Positions 40,388-49,990 of a stretch of DNA of 64,000 bases are shown in pieces. The stretch is from an uncultured Thermoleophilia bacterium (GTDB taxonomy: Bacteria; Actinomycetota; Thermoleophilia; UBA2241). Position numbers and translations under genes: made by a program. Numbering within the stretch: the stretch's first letter is position 1; each line of letters opens with the position of its first letter. The notes beneath the pieces are model-generated. The model made no database searches. It saw only the letters and a program-made list of their open reading frames with translations, and was not told the DNA's origin. The stretch is taken from NCBI GenBank assembly GCA_963715985.1, contig CAVQSP010000020.1, positions 32,001 through 96,000 of the forward strand. Reading direction: 5' to 3'.

Positions 40388-43300
40388 TCAGTCCTCGCCC
40401 CGACTCCCGGCCGCGCGCCCGGCCGCCTGCTCGCGGTCGATCTCTTCTTCCGCCATGCGGGCGCTGACCACCTGCGACGCTCCGTCCGGCCCCATGGTGA
40501 CGCCGTACAGCACGTCGGCGGCCTCCATGGTGCGCTTCTGGTGGGTGATCATGATGAATTGCGTGCGCTCGCGGTAGTCACGCAGCAGCTGGACGAGGCG
40601 GCCGATGTTGACGTCGTCAAGGGCCGCCTCGATCTCGTCGAGGATGTAGAACGGGCAGGGGCGCGCTAACACCAGCGCCATCAGGAAGGCGATGGCCACC
40701 AGGGCGCGCTCGCCGCCGGACAGCAGCTGCAGCTTCTTGCCGAGCTTCTTGGCCGGCTTGACCTCCACGCTCACGCCGCCGGGGTCGTCCGCGGTGGGCT
40801 CGGCGAGCTTGAGGGTGCCGCGCCCGCCCGGGAAGAGCACGGCGACCATGTGCTCGAACTGCTCCTGCACCGCGGCGAAGGTCTCGGCGAACTCGGCGTC
40901 GATCTGCGCCGTGAGCTCCCTGATGAGCGCCTGCAGCTCGTCGAGGGACTTCTCCAGATCGCGGCGCTGCTCGCGCATGAAGGCGGCGCGCTCGCCGAGC
41001 TCGGCGCACTCTGCCTCCGCGAGCGGGTTCACGGGCCCGATGCGCTCGCGACGGCGCGCGAGCCGCTCCAGCTTCTCGCGGAGCTCGTGCTCCTCGGCCT
41101 CGTCGGCCGGCGGCGAGAACGACGCTTCATCGAGCCGCTCACTGATCTCGTCGAGAGCCGTGGCGAGCTCGCCGCGACGGTCCTCGAGGCGTGCCAGCGC
41201 CACGCGCGCCGCGGTCTTGCGCTCGCCGAGCTCGGCGAGACGGTGGCGCAGCGAAGCCTCGTTCTCGGCCAGCGTGCGCAGGCGGCCGCGGTCCAGTGAC
41301 GCCTCGGCGTCGCCCCGGCCCTCGAGCCGGGCGACGACGGTGCGCGCACGTCCGCCCAGCTGCGCCGCGCGCTCGACCAGCTCGCCGCAGACCTCGCGCA
41401 CCTCGGGCAGGCCGGCGAGCCGCTCATCCAGTTCCTTGAGCCGCGCGCGACCCTGCGCGACGCGCGCCCGCGCGGCCTCGCGCTGCGCGGCGGCCCGTTG
41501 CGCGGCGGCGCGGCGCTCCTCCAGCTCCACGCGCCGCCTCGTCACCTGGGAGAGCGCCTCGGCGTGCTCACCTTCGAGCGCGGTCAACGAGGCTTCACCG
41601 GCCTCGATCACGGGCCTGAGGCTCTCCGTCTGCACCAGGGCGGCGGCCGCGGCGGCCGCGGCCGCTTCGCCGCCCGCCTGCGCCTCCGCTCGCTCCGCCG
41701 CGATGGCCTCCAGGGCGCGGAGGTCGCGGGCGATCACTTCCTCGAGGTCACGTGCCCGCATGCGCACCGCCCTGAGCTCGCGCTCCGCCGCCTCGGCGCC
41801 CATGCGCGCCTCCCGCTCGGCGGTCGCGTCCGCCTCGGCGGTCTCCCTGGCGGCGGCAGCCTCGCGCGCGGCCACGGCGACGGCCGCCTCCGCGCGCACC
41901 TCCCGCGAGCGCACTGTGTCCAGCTTGTCGCCGAGCCGCTCGATGGAGGCGCGCCGCTCCAGGAGCAGCGCCGCAGGCACGCCGCTCGCAAGGCCGATCT
42001 GGCCCATGCTCGGCCGGTAGTACTCACCCTCGCGTGTGACGGCCAGACCGGCGAACTCGTCGGGCACGGCGTGCAGGTCGTCCACGATGACGACGTCCGC
42101 AAGCGCGCCGGCGAGCTCGTCGTGCCCACCGAAGCTGACCTTGTCGACGAGCGGGGCCGCACCCGGGAAGGCGACCGGCGGCCGCGCTCGCGGCGGCGGC
42201 ACCACCAGGCGCGCCAGGCCGACGCCCGCCTTCTTGAGGGCGCCCAACAGCGACCAGTGGTCCACACCGCTGGGCACGGCCAGGGCGCCTGAGAGCTGGG
42301 CGAGCGCTGCCGCCAGGGCGCGTTCGTAGCCGGGCTCGCAGGACACCGCCGCGGCCAGGGACTCGGTACCCGGGTAGGCGCCGGCCACGTCGAGCACGTC
42401 GGCGCCCACATCCTGCAGGTCGCGCAGCGCGGCCGCCAGGTGGTCGATCTCGGCCTCCAGGCCGCGCCGCTCGAGCGCGAGGGCGCGGTGCTGCTCCTCG
42501 GCCTCCGCGCGCTGCCGCTCGGCCTCGAGGGCCGCGGCGGCGGACGACCCGGCCGTGCCCGCAGCAGCAGTCAGTGCGCCGCGGGCCACGGTCTCAGCCT
42601 CGGCGGCGGCGCGCTCCACGCCGTCCTTCTCCTCCGCCTCGGCGACCAGAGCCGCGTGCTGGGCGGTGAGACGGCGCTCCTCGCCGCCGAGCGCCTCCTG
42701 TCGCCGCTGCAGCCGGGCGGCCGTGGTGAGCGCGTTCTCACGCTCCAGCGTGTGACGGGCCAGCGCCGCCTGCCTGCCGCCGTGGACCTCCCGGGCGGCA
42801 CTGAGCCGCCCGGCGACCTCGGCGTGCGCCGCCTCCGCGGCGGAGAACGCCGCCGCCAGGCGACGCTCTTCGCCGGGCCAGCCGTCCTCGGCGGGGTCTT
42901 CGGACCCGCCGGACAGCTCGGCCATGAGGCGCTCGCGTTCCTGCGCCGAGGCGCGCGCCACCTCGTCGAGCAGGCGCAGCCGCTGCTCCGCGAGGCGCCG
43001 CCCGCTCTCCAGACGACCGTCGAGCACGCGCGCCCTCAGAAGCCGTTTGGCGAGGCGCTCCCGTTCCGCCAGGCGACGCGCGAACGACTCCTCCTCCTCC
43101 GCGCGCTCCTGAGCCATCGCCTCGAGGCCGTCGTTGCAGCGCGCGCGCTCCTCTTCTACGACGCGGGCCTCCTCCAGGTGGACGGCGAGCTCACCGTCGA
43201 CGCCGGCCACGTCGCCCGTGAGCAGGCGCCCCCGCGTCTCGTCGGTCTCGGCCTCCACGGCGCGCAGCTGCTCGGCGGCGCTGGCCTGGCGGCGCAGCGG

Positions 43301-43909
43301 GGCGAGCTGCGCGTTGACCTCGCGCTCGAGCAGGTCGGCGCGCTCGAGGTTGCGCCGCACCTCGCGCAGCTTGAGCTCCGCGCGTTCGCGACGGCGCTTG
43401 AAGGTGCCCAAGCCGGCCGCCTCCTCGATCTGATTGCGGCGGTCCTCCGGCTTGCCGGCCAGGAACGACTCCACCTTGCCCTGGCCGATGATGGAGTGCA
43501 GCTCACGTCCCAGGCCCACCTGTGCCATCAACTCCACCACGTCGGTGAGACGGCACGTCGAATGGTTGATGGCGTACTGGGACGAGCCGTCGCGGGCCAC
43601 GCGGCGCGAGATGCTGACGTCGGCGGTGGGCAAGGGCAGCGACCCGTCGCTGTTGTCGAAGGTGAGCTCCACTTCGGCACTGCCGGCGGCGCGGCGCCCG
43701 TCGCTGCCGGCGAAGATGACATCCTGCATCGACGAGCCACGGACCGTACTGGGGCTCTGCTCGCCCAGCGCCCACACGACGGCATCGGCGATGTTGCTCT
43801 TGCCGCTGCCGTTGGGGCCTATCACGACGCTCACGCCGGGCTCGAAAAGGAGCTCGGTCTGCAGCGGGAACGACTTGAAGCCCTTGACCCGCAGCGACTT
43901 GAGGAACAC
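40388..43909 (-). CDS. smc: Chromosome segregation protein SMC
   Basis: GFKSF, GPNGSGKSN, coiled coils, LSGGE, LDEIEAALD, ITH. Confidence 0.96.
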   Translation of the reverse strand: MFLKSLRVKGFKSFPLQTELLFEPGVSVVIGPNGSGKSNIADAVVWALGEQSPSTVRGSSMQDVIFAGSDGRRAAGSAEVELTFDNSDGSLPLPTADVSISRRVARDGSSQYAINHSTCRLTDVVELMAQVGLGRELHSIIGQGKVESFLAGKPEDRRNQIEEAAGLGTFKRRRERAELKLREVRRNLERADLLEREVNAQLAPLRRQASAAEQLRAVEAETDETRGRLLTGDVAGVDGELAVHLEEARVVEEERARCNDGLEAMAQERAEEEESFARRLAERERLAKRLLRARVLDGRLESGRRLAEQRLRLLDEVARASAQERERLMAELSGGSEDPAEDGWPGEERRLAAAFSAAEAAHAEVAGRLSAAREVHGGRQAALARHTLERENALTTAARLQRRQEALGGEERRLTAQHAALVAEAEEKDGVERAAAEAETVARGALTAAAGTAGSSAAAALEAERQRAEAEEQHRALALERRGLEAEIDHLAAALRDLQDVGADVLDVAGAYPGTESLAAAVSCEPGYERALAAALAQLSGALAVPSGVDHWSLLGALKKAGVGLARLVVPPPRARPPVAFPGAAPLVDKVSFGGHDELAGALADVVIVDDLHAVPDEFAGLAVTREGEYYRPSMGQIGLASGVPAALLLERRASIERLGDKLDTVRSREVRAEAAVAVAAREAAAARETAEADATAEREARMGAEAAERELRAVRMRARDLEEVIARDLRALEAIAAERAEAQAGGEAAAAAAAAALVQTESLRPVIEAGEASLTALEGEHAEALSQVTRRRVELEERRAAAQRAAAQREAARARVAQGRARLKELDERLAGLPEVREVCGELVERAAQLGGRARTVVARLEGRGDAEASLDRGRLRTLAENEASLRHRLAELGERKTAARVALARLEDRRGELATALDEISERLDEASFSPPADEAEEHELREKLERLARRRERIGPVNPLAEAECAELGERAAFMREQRRDLEKSLDELQALIRELTAQIDAEFAETFAAVQEQFEHMVAVLFPGGRGTLKLAEPTADDPGGVSVEVKPAKKLGKKLQLLSGGERALVAIAFLMALVLARPCPFYILDEIEAALDDVNIGRLVQLLRDYRERTQFIMITHQKRTMEAADVLYGVTMGPDGASQVVSARMAEEEIDREQAAGRAAGSRGED

Positions 43910-43911
43910 GG

Positions 43912-44712
43912 TCAGCCGCCTCCGGCGGCAGACGTGCCCGCCTGGGGGTCGTCCTCGGGCAGACCGTCCCGGGTGCCGGCGTCCGCGGGGCGGCGGGCCC
44001 GGCGCCCGCGCAGTCTGGCGCGCCTCGACGTGCGCCGGGCGCGCGTCTGCAGCTCGCTCAGCGCCTCGGCGGCGGCCTCCTGCTCGGCGCGCTTCTTGCT
44101 CGTGCCGAAGCCGTGTCCGAGCGCCTCGCCGTCCACGCAGGCCTCGATCTCGAACTCGCGGTCATGCGGCGGGCCGCTGTAGCCCAACACCCGGTAGCTG
44201 ACCGACTGCGCCGTGCGCGCCAGGTGCTCCTGCAGCTCCGTCTTGTGGTCGATGTAGCTGCTCTCGGCGAACTCGATGTGCTCGTCGAAGACCTCGACCA
44301 CGGCCGGGCGCACCGCCTCGTAGCCGAAGGTCACGTAGACGGCGCCGATGAGCGCCTCGGTGAGGTCGGCGAGCACGTTCTGGTTGCTCTGCAGCTGCGT
44401 CGCGTCGCCGCCCTCACGCCCAGCCTCGGCGTGCTCGCGCATGAGCTTGCCCAGCCCGAGCTTGGTCGCCACACGGGCGCAGGTGGCGCGGCTGACGATG
44501 TAGGCACGCAGGCGCGCGAGATGGCCCTCGGCGAAGTCGGGGAAGCGCCGGTAGAGCTCGGTCGTGATGCACAGACTGAGCACGCTGTCGCCGAGGAACT
44601 CGAGCCGCTCGTACGAATCGACGCGTTCGGCCGCCCACGAGGTGTGGGTGAACACCTGCCGCATCATCGCACGGTCGAGCTGTTCCGCCAGGGATAAGAG
44701 CCGGTAGGTCAC
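43912..44712 (-). CDS. rnc: Ribonuclease III
   Basis: ERLEFLGDSVL, ADLTEALIGA, dsRBD KTELQE...SKKRAEQEAA. Confidence 0.96.
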   Translation of the reverse strand: MTYRLLSLAEQLDRAMMRQVFTHTSWAAERVDSYERLEFLGDSVLSLCITTELYRRFPDFAEGHLARLRAYIVSRATCARVATKLGLGKLMREHAEAGREGGDATQLQSNQNVLADLTEALIGAVYVTFGYEAVRPAVVEVFDEHIEFAESSYIDHKTELQEHLARTAQSVSYRVLGYSGPPHDREFEIEACVDGEALGHGFGTSKKRAEQEAAAEALSELQTRARRTSRRARLRGRRARRPADAGTRDGLPEDDPQAGTSAAGGG

Positions 44713-44726
44713 GCAGGCCTCACACG

Positions 44727-44772
44727 GCGACGAGGGGACGCCTCCCGCGCGCGGGAAGCCCCCCCTCGTCGC
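44727..44772 (-). promoter_or_regulatory. Long hairpin between acpP and rnc (terminator or RNase III site)
   Basis: GCGACGAGGGG/CCCCTCGTCGC outer stem plus inner stem, about 20 bp in total on the minus strand. Confidence 0.6.
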
Positions 44773-44794
44773 TCACAGACAAACGGGGACGGGA

Positions 44795-45040
44795 CTAGGC
44801 GTCGACCCTCTTCATCACGAAATCGACGGCGTCGCCGACGGTCTTGATCTCCGCCGCCTCTTCGTCGCTGATCTTGATGCCGAACTTCTCTTCCATGGTC
44901 ATCACGAGCTCGACGAGATCGAGCGAGTCCGTCTCGAGGTCCTCCTGGAAACGCGCGTCCATGGTGACCTTGTCCTCGTCCACGCTCAGGGTCTCCACGA
45001 GGATACCCTTCACATGCTCGAACACCTCTTCACGGGTCAT
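44795..45040 (-). CDS. acpP: Acyl carrier protein
   Basis: DSLDLVELVM, EEKFGIKISDE. Confidence 0.96.
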   Translation of the reverse strand: MTREEVFEHVKGILVETLSVDEDKVTMDARFQEDLETDSLDLVELVMTMEEKFGIKISDEEAAEIKTVGDAVDFVMKRVDA

Positions 45041-45068
45041 CGACGAACCTCCGGTAGAGATTTGGCAG

Positions 45069-45097
45069 AGTCTACACGTTCCCGGGCGAGGCCCCAA
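45069..45097 (-). promoter_or_regulatory. Putative acpP promoter
   Basis: TTGGGG-17 bp-TAGACT. Confidence 0.45.
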
Positions 45098-46139
45098 GCT
45101 CGGCCGAGATGGCCGGCAGAAGGTCGCTCACCGCGGCGCGGCGGCCCATGCGCACGGCCTGTGCGATGCCCCGAGCGGTGGAGCTGCCGTGGGCGATGAT
45201 GACGGGGGCGCTCACGCCCGCGAGGATCGCGCCCCCGAACTCGTTGGGGTCGAGGGCATCCTTGAGTCGCAACAGGTCGCGGCGCAGCAGCAGACCGCCG
45301 ATCTTCGTGCCCACGGACGAGTCGATGGTCTGGCGCAGGGCGGTGAGGATGCCGCGCGCCGAGCCCTCGATGGTCTTGAGCGCGACGTTGCCGGTGAACC
45401 CGTCGGTGACCACGACGTCGACCACGCGGTTCATGATGTCGCGGCCCTCCACGTTGCCGTGGAAGCGCACGTGAGGGTCGGCGGCGATGAGCTGGTGCGC
45501 CTCGATGACCTCGGGCGTGCCCTTGGTGGGCTCTTCCCCGATGGAGAGCAGGCCGACCTCGGGCTCGGCGATGCCCATCACCTCGCGCGCGAAGATGCCG
45601 CCCATCACGGCGAACTGGCGCAGGTGCTCGGGGCGGTACTCGGCGTTGGCGCCCACGTCCAGGAAGGCGATCGGCTTCGGCATGCACGGCATGATGGTGC
45701 AGATGGCCGGCCGCTTCACGCCGCGGATGCGGCGTACGTAGAGCAACGCACCGGCCACCACGGCGCCGGTGTTGCCGGCCGAGACGAAGACGTCGGCCTC
45801 ACCGCTGTGCACAAGCTTGAGGCCGATCACGATGCTGGAGTCGGTACGGTTTCGCGCGGCCCAGGCCGGCTCCTCGTCGTAGCCGATGACGTCGGCGGCG
45901 TGCATCACGGAGACATGCTCGGCGCCGGGCGGCAGCAGCGGCCGCACAACGGCTTCGTCGCCGACGAAGACCACGTGGACGTCGGGGCCGGCGGCCTGCA
46001 GGGCGCCGCGGACGACTTCGCCCGGCGCCTTGTCCCCGCCGGCCGCGTCCACGACCACGCGCACCACACGGCCGCCGGCGGACGCCGTCCACGCCGCCGT
46101 GACCTCGTGGGGAGAGACGTAGTGGGGAGCCGGCGTCAT
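45072..46139 (-). CDS. plsX: Phosphate acyltransferase PlsX
   Basis: DAAGGDKAP, SAGNTGA, LDVGANA, GNVEG, DGFTGNVALK, AHGSS. Confidence 0.96.
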   Translation of the reverse strand: MTPAPHYVSPHEVTAAWTASAGGRVVRVVVDAAGGDKAPGEVVRGALQAAGPDVHVVFVGDEAVVRPLLPPGAEHVSVMHAADVIGYDEEPAWAARNRTDSSIVIGLKLVHSGEADVFVSAGNTGAVVAGALLYVRRIRGVKRPAICTIMPCMPKPIAFLDVGANAEYRPEHLRQFAVMGGIFAREVMGIAEPEVGLLSIGEEPTKGTPEVIEAHQLIAADPHVRFHGNVEGRDIMNRVVDVVVTDGFTGNVALKTIEGSARGILTALRQTIDSSVGTKIGGLLLRRDLLRLKDALDPNEFGGAILAGVSAPVIIAHGSSTARGIAQAVRMGRRAAVSDLLPAISAELGASPGNV

Positions 46140-47200
46140 CCTTGCAGATCGGCGACGAGCCGGTCCAGGTCCACCGACTCTTCGATGAGGCCGGCGATGA
46201 GGTCGATCTTGGCGCGATCTTTGACACGCAGCCGGCCGAAAAGGCGACGCAGGTCGTCCGCGGCCGTCACCGTGTCGGTCTCCACGGAGACCAGCGGGAT
46301 GCCGCGCTCCTCGGCCCGTTCCAGCACGGCCGGGCTGGGCACATAGTTGCCGGTGAGCACGACGGCCACGGTAGGCGTGTCGAGGGCCGTGAGGATGATC
46401 TCGGCGCGGTCGCCGCCCACGATCACGACCTTGTCGGGCGTGAGCTGGAAGTAGCGCAGGGCGTGGTCCGGGCTCATGGCCCCGATCATGTACGTCTCCA
46501 CCAGCCGGTCGCCGTACTGGGCGCCGCAGACGTAGGTGCCGCCGAGGGCTTCGACGATCTCGGTCACGGAGACGGCCGAGAGGCGGCTGTTGGACGCGAG
46601 CGCGCCGTAGCTGGTGATGTCGTTCTTCGCAAGAAAGCGCACGTACTGCTCGGTGACCAGGCCCATGCGCGAGGCCGGGACCATGTTGAAGAGGACGCCC
46701 AGGAGGTGCTTCTTGAGGGCGTCCTTGACGTAGATGATGTCGTCCAGCAGGCGGGCGCCGGCGAATTTGGCGACGAGCAGGGTCCTGAGGTCCAGCTGCG
46801 CCACGACATCGGCGCCGCTGGTGCGCAGAAAACGGCCCTGCCAGATCTCCCCCAGCCCCTCGCACACGACGAGGTCCTTGCCGCGGCTGACGCGCCCGTA
46901 GGCGGAGGCTACTCGCGCCATGGCGTCCACCTCGGACCCCGCGAGCACGTCGTGCAGCGCGTCTTCGTCGAGGACCACGGGGCAGATGTCGGTGGGCGCG
47001 TCGTCAAGCTCGAGCAGCCCGGCGACGAAGCTGGCGTCCTCGTCGAGCAGGATCCCGCCGGAGGATGAGGCCAGCGTGCCGACCGGCTTGAAGTAGCCGG
47101 CCCGCAGACCCCGGCGCCGGAGCGCCAGGCACAGGCCCACGGCGATGGTGGTCTTGCCGCCGCTGCCCTGGGTGGAGGCGATGTAGAGCGACTTCAGCAC
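46136..47200 (-). CDS. BioD-like P-loop plus DRTGG-domain protein (Pta N-terminal-like, no Pta catalytic domain)
   Basis: SGGKTT, GYFKPVG, VCEG, IGAM, VGGDRAEI, VLTG. Confidence 0.85.
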   Translation of the reverse strand: MLKSLYIASTQGSGGKTTIAVGLCLALRRRGLRAGYFKPVGTLASSSGGILLDEDASFVAGLLELDDAPTDICPVVLDEDALHDVLAGSEVDAMARVASAYGRVSRGKDLVVCEGLGEIWQGRFLRTSGADVVAQLDLRTLLVAKFAGARLLDDIIYVKDALKKHLLGVLFNMVPASRMGLVTEQYVRFLAKNDITSYGALASNSRLSAVSVTEIVEALGGTYVCGAQYGDRLVETYMIGAMSPDHALRYFQLTPDKVVIVGGDRAEIILTALDTPTVAVVLTGNYVPSPAVLERAEERGIPLVSVETDTVTAADDLRRLFGRLRVKDRAKIDLIAGLIEESVDLDRLVADLQG

Positions 47201-47220
47201 GGCACGCCCCTGTCAGGCTC

Positions 47221-47336
47221 AGTCCGTCCGCCGCGGGGCCCTTCGGGCCGGCGGCCGCTCAATAGCTCTTCCGTGCATTAGTCCGTCCGCCGCGGGGCCC
47301 TTCGGGCCGGCGGCCGCTCACTAGCTCTTCCGTGCA
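47221..47336. repeat. Tandem pair of 59-bp structured REP-like units, related to 33057-33214
   Basis: AGTCCGTCCGCCGCGGGGCCCTTCGGGCCGGCGGCCGCTCA(A/C)TAGCTCTTCCGTGCA at 47221 and 47280. Confidence 0.92.
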
Positions 47337-47440
47337 CTCCGTGTCTCTACGGGTAGCAGTGTCGAGTGCGCCTGGTCTTCGACATCCGAGCCGGTCCCCC
47401 AGCTCGTTGGCGCAGCCCGACGTTGATTCACCTTCGGCGA

Positions 47441-47623
47441 TCAATCGGCGTCGAGGACGATGACCTCGCGACCCTTGTACATACCGCACTTGGGGCAGGC
47501 GCGGTGAGGGAGCTTGGGGCTCTTGCACTGCGGGCACACGCTGGCCACGTCGACACTGAGCTTCTGCTGAGACCGGCGCTGGTCACGGCGCCGCTGGGAA
47601 GTCTTCTTCTTCGGTACGGGCAT
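47441..47623 (-). CDS. rpmF: 50S ribosomal protein L32
   Basis: [13 protein letters not shown]...PHRACPKCG. Confidence 0.96.
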   Translation of the reverse strand: MPVPKKKTSQRRRDQRRSQQKLSVDVASVCPQCKSPKLPHRACPKCGMYKGREVIVLDAD

Positions 47624-47675
47624 GGATGTTCTCCTCGGGTCAACCAGACACGGCACTGTACCACATGCGGCGGCC

Positions 47676-48143
47676 TTACGCTTCGTCGTGCCCGTGGCCG
47701 GGGTCGGCGTTGAGGTCGGCCCCGCAGACGGGACACAGGCCAAGGCAGTCGTCGCGGCAGAGCAGCTTGGGCGGCAAGGCATCGGCGATGAGGTCACGGG
47801 TCCAGCGCTCAATGTCGACGACGTTCGCGACCACGTAGCCCTCATCGTCCTCCTCCTCGCCCTCGGAGTCTCCGTGCCGCACGTACTCCACGCCGCGCGC
47901 CTCGACGCACACGTCGGCGTCGTCGAGGCAGCGCTGGCACGGGCCCACGACGTCGGTCTCGAACTCGGCGGTGAGGGTGACGTTGTCACCGACGCGGGCG
48001 GCCGTCAGGAGCAGGTCCACGCTGCCGCCCGGCACTGAGTACTCGAGCCCCCCGAACAGGAACGGCTCGACATCCACGGGCAGGCGCCGCCAGGTCTCGC
48101 TGGCATCGCCGAAGCGGAGGGAACGCAGGTCGAAACGGCGCAT
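47676..48143 (-). CDS. YceD/DUF177 family protein
   Basis: [23 protein letters not shown]; upstream of rpmF. Confidence 0.92.
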   Translation of the reverse strand: MRRFDLRSLRFGDASETWRRLPVDVEPFLFGGLEYSVPGGSVDLLLTAARVGDNVTLTAEFETDVVGPCQRCLDDADVCVEARGVEYVRHGDSEGEEEDDEGYVVANVVDIERWTRDLIADALPPKLLCRDDCLGLCPVCGADLNADPGHGHDEA

Positions 48144-48180
48144 GGCGAGGCCGGCGCGGAGAGGGTCGTGTCGGCCGGGA

Positions 48181-48648
48181 TCAGGGCTGCAGCTGGTCGC
48201 CGGCGCCGCGGCCCTGGAGGCGCTCACGGCCGCGACGGACTGCGGCGATGAACTTGTCGAGGTTGACCTCGAGGTTGCCGAGCACCTCGTCGGCGTAGTC
48301 CTCGGCGCCCAGACGCACGTCGCGCTCGCGCTCGCGGGCGTCTTCCATGATCTGCTGGGCGTTGCGCTCGGCTAGCCGCACCACCTCCTGCTCCGAGGCC
48401 ATGCGCTCGGCGCGATCCTGCGCCTCGGCCAGCACGCGTTCCGCCTCCTGCTTGGCCTCGGTGAGCATCTCCTGGCGCTCCTTGACGATCCAGCGCGCCT
48501 GCTTGATCTCCTCGGGGATGGTGGACCGCATCTGGTCGAGGATGTCGTAGATCTCCTCGCGGTCGATCATCACGCTGTCGGTGAGCGGTACGGACCTTGC
48601 GTTGTGGATGATGTCGTCGAGCTTGTCGATGAGAACGAGCACGTCCAT
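48181..48648 (-). CDS. Coiled-coil DivIVA-like protein conserved downstream of coaD
   Basis: ARSVPL, IPEEIKQA, GAEDYADEVL. Confidence 0.8.
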   Translation of the reverse strand: MDVLVLIDKLDDIIHNARSVPLTDSVMIDREEIYDILDQMRSTIPEEIKQARWIVKERQEMLTEAKQEAERVLAEAQDRAERMASEQEVVRLAERNAQQIMEDARERERDVRLGAEDYADEVLGNLEVNLDKFIAAVRRGRERLQGRGAGDQLQP

Positions 48649-48677
48649 ATTCAGCAGCCCTCCTTGAGCAGCCCGGC

Positions 48678-48704
48678 GTGCGGTGCGGCTTCGCCGCCCC
48701 GCAC
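48678..48704. repeat. 27-bp palindromic unit, copy 2
   Basis: GTGCGGTGCGGCTTCGCCGCCCCGCAC. Confidence 0.75.
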
Positions 48705-48708
48705 CGGG

Positions 48709-49242
48709 CTACTTCGTCTGTCCGCCCCGCGGAAAGACTTCCGCCAGTCGGCGAGCGACGGCCGGGGGCACCAGGTCTTCCACGGAGCCCCCGAACCGCG
48801 CGATCTCCCGAACGCCGCTCGAGCTCAGGAAGCTGTGCTCGGGCGACGCCATCATGAACACTGTTTCGATTTCGGGCGCCATCCTCCTATTGAGCTGGGC
48901 CATGGCGAACTCGTACTCGAAATCGGAAATGGCGCGCAAACCCTTGAGGATGACGTGTGCGTCCCAGCGTCGCGCGAACTCCACGACGAGCTCGTTGAAG
49001 CGGTCCACCACGATGTTGTCGCAGCCTGTGGCTGCGATCGCCTCGCGCAGGAACGCCTCGCGCTCGTCGGGGTCGAAGAGCGGCGACTTGCGCTGAGGCA
49101 CCTCGATGAGGCCGACGACGACGCGGCCGAACTTGCTGGCGCCGCGCTTGATGATGTCGAGGTGGCCGACGGTGACCGGGTCGAAGGTGCCCGGGCAGAT
49201 GGCCGTGATGTTACGCGGCACGACGTGCCCCCGGGCCGTCAT
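48709..49242 (-). CDS. coaD: Pantetheine-phosphate adenylyltransferase
   Basis: PGTFDPVTVGH, KGLRAISDFEYE, SSSGVRE. Confidence 0.96.
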   Translation of the reverse strand: MTARGHVVPRNITAICPGTFDPVTVGHLDIIKRGASKFGRVVVGLIEVPQRKSPLFDPDEREAFLREAIAATGCDNIVVDRFNELVVEFARRWDAHVILKGLRAISDFEYEFAMAQLNRRMAPEIETVFMMASPEHSFLSSSGVREIARFGGSVEDLVPPAVARRLAEVFPRGGQTK

Positions 49243-49931
49243 TCAGTGGACGCCTCATCGTGGACCCCGACTCCTTCACCGTCGTCCTCATCGCCGGCGA
49301 CCAGCACGGTCACCCGCGTGTCGCCGTAGCGCTTCTCACGCAGCACCGTCCACGGCAGCGCGGCCGGCGTGCCGGCGGCAGTCTCCACGACCAGCACCGC
49401 CTGCAGCGCGAGCACCGGCGGCAGCAACCTGAGCAGCGCCGGGCGGACCGCGTCGTACTGCGCGTACGGCGGGTCCGCGAGGACGAGAGTATATCGTGCG
49501 CCGCGCCGGGCGTCAGCCTGCAGGGCGCGACGCACGTCGGCGGCTACCACGCGAGCGCGCGGCGATGCGGCGAGGCCGAGCCTCTCGAGGTTGGCGCGAA
49601 CGGCGCGCAGCGCGCCGCGATCGTTCTCCACGAAGGCGCACGAGAGCGCCCCGCGCGACAGCGCCTCGATGCCCAGAGCGCCACTGCCCGCGAAGAGGTC
49701 CAGAGCCACATGGCCGCCCAGCGGGCCGGCAGGGGCAGCAGCCGCAGCCCGGCCGGCAGAGCCGGCAGCCGAGGCCTGGCCGGCGGCGAACGCTGCGGCG
49801 AGTCGCGCCTCGGGCAGCGCCGCGAGGATCCCGAACACCGCCTCCCGCACCTTGTCCGAGGTCGGCCTCGTCGAGCGGCCGGCCGGAGCCGCGAGCGGCC
49901 GGCCCTTCCACTCCCCGCCCACCACTCGCAT
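49239..49931 (-). CDS. rsmD: 16S rRNA m2G966 methyltransferase
   Basis: TRPTSDKVREA, LDLFAGSGALGIEALSRGA, DPPY. Confidence 0.95.
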   Translation of the reverse strand: MRVVGGEWKGRPLAAPAGRSTRPTSDKVREAVFGILAALPEARLAAAFAAGQASAAGSAGRAAAAAPAGPLGGHVALDLFAGSGALGIEALSRGALSCAFVENDRGALRAVRANLERLGLAASPRARVVAADVRRALQADARRGARYTLVLADPPYAQYDAVRPALLRLLPPVLALQAVLVVETAAGTPAALPWTVLREKRYGDTRVTVLVAGDEDDGEGVGVHDEASTE

Positions 49932-49990
49932 CGGACTCCCTTCCGGAGGGCACGCGCCGGACCTGCCGGCGGGCGCGCGGATCACACAGG

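Noticed and set aside
33057-47336. Tandem repeats as mini CRISPR arrays
   Set aside because: Only two units per locus, the intervening sequence is repeated rather than unique, and no cas genes are present
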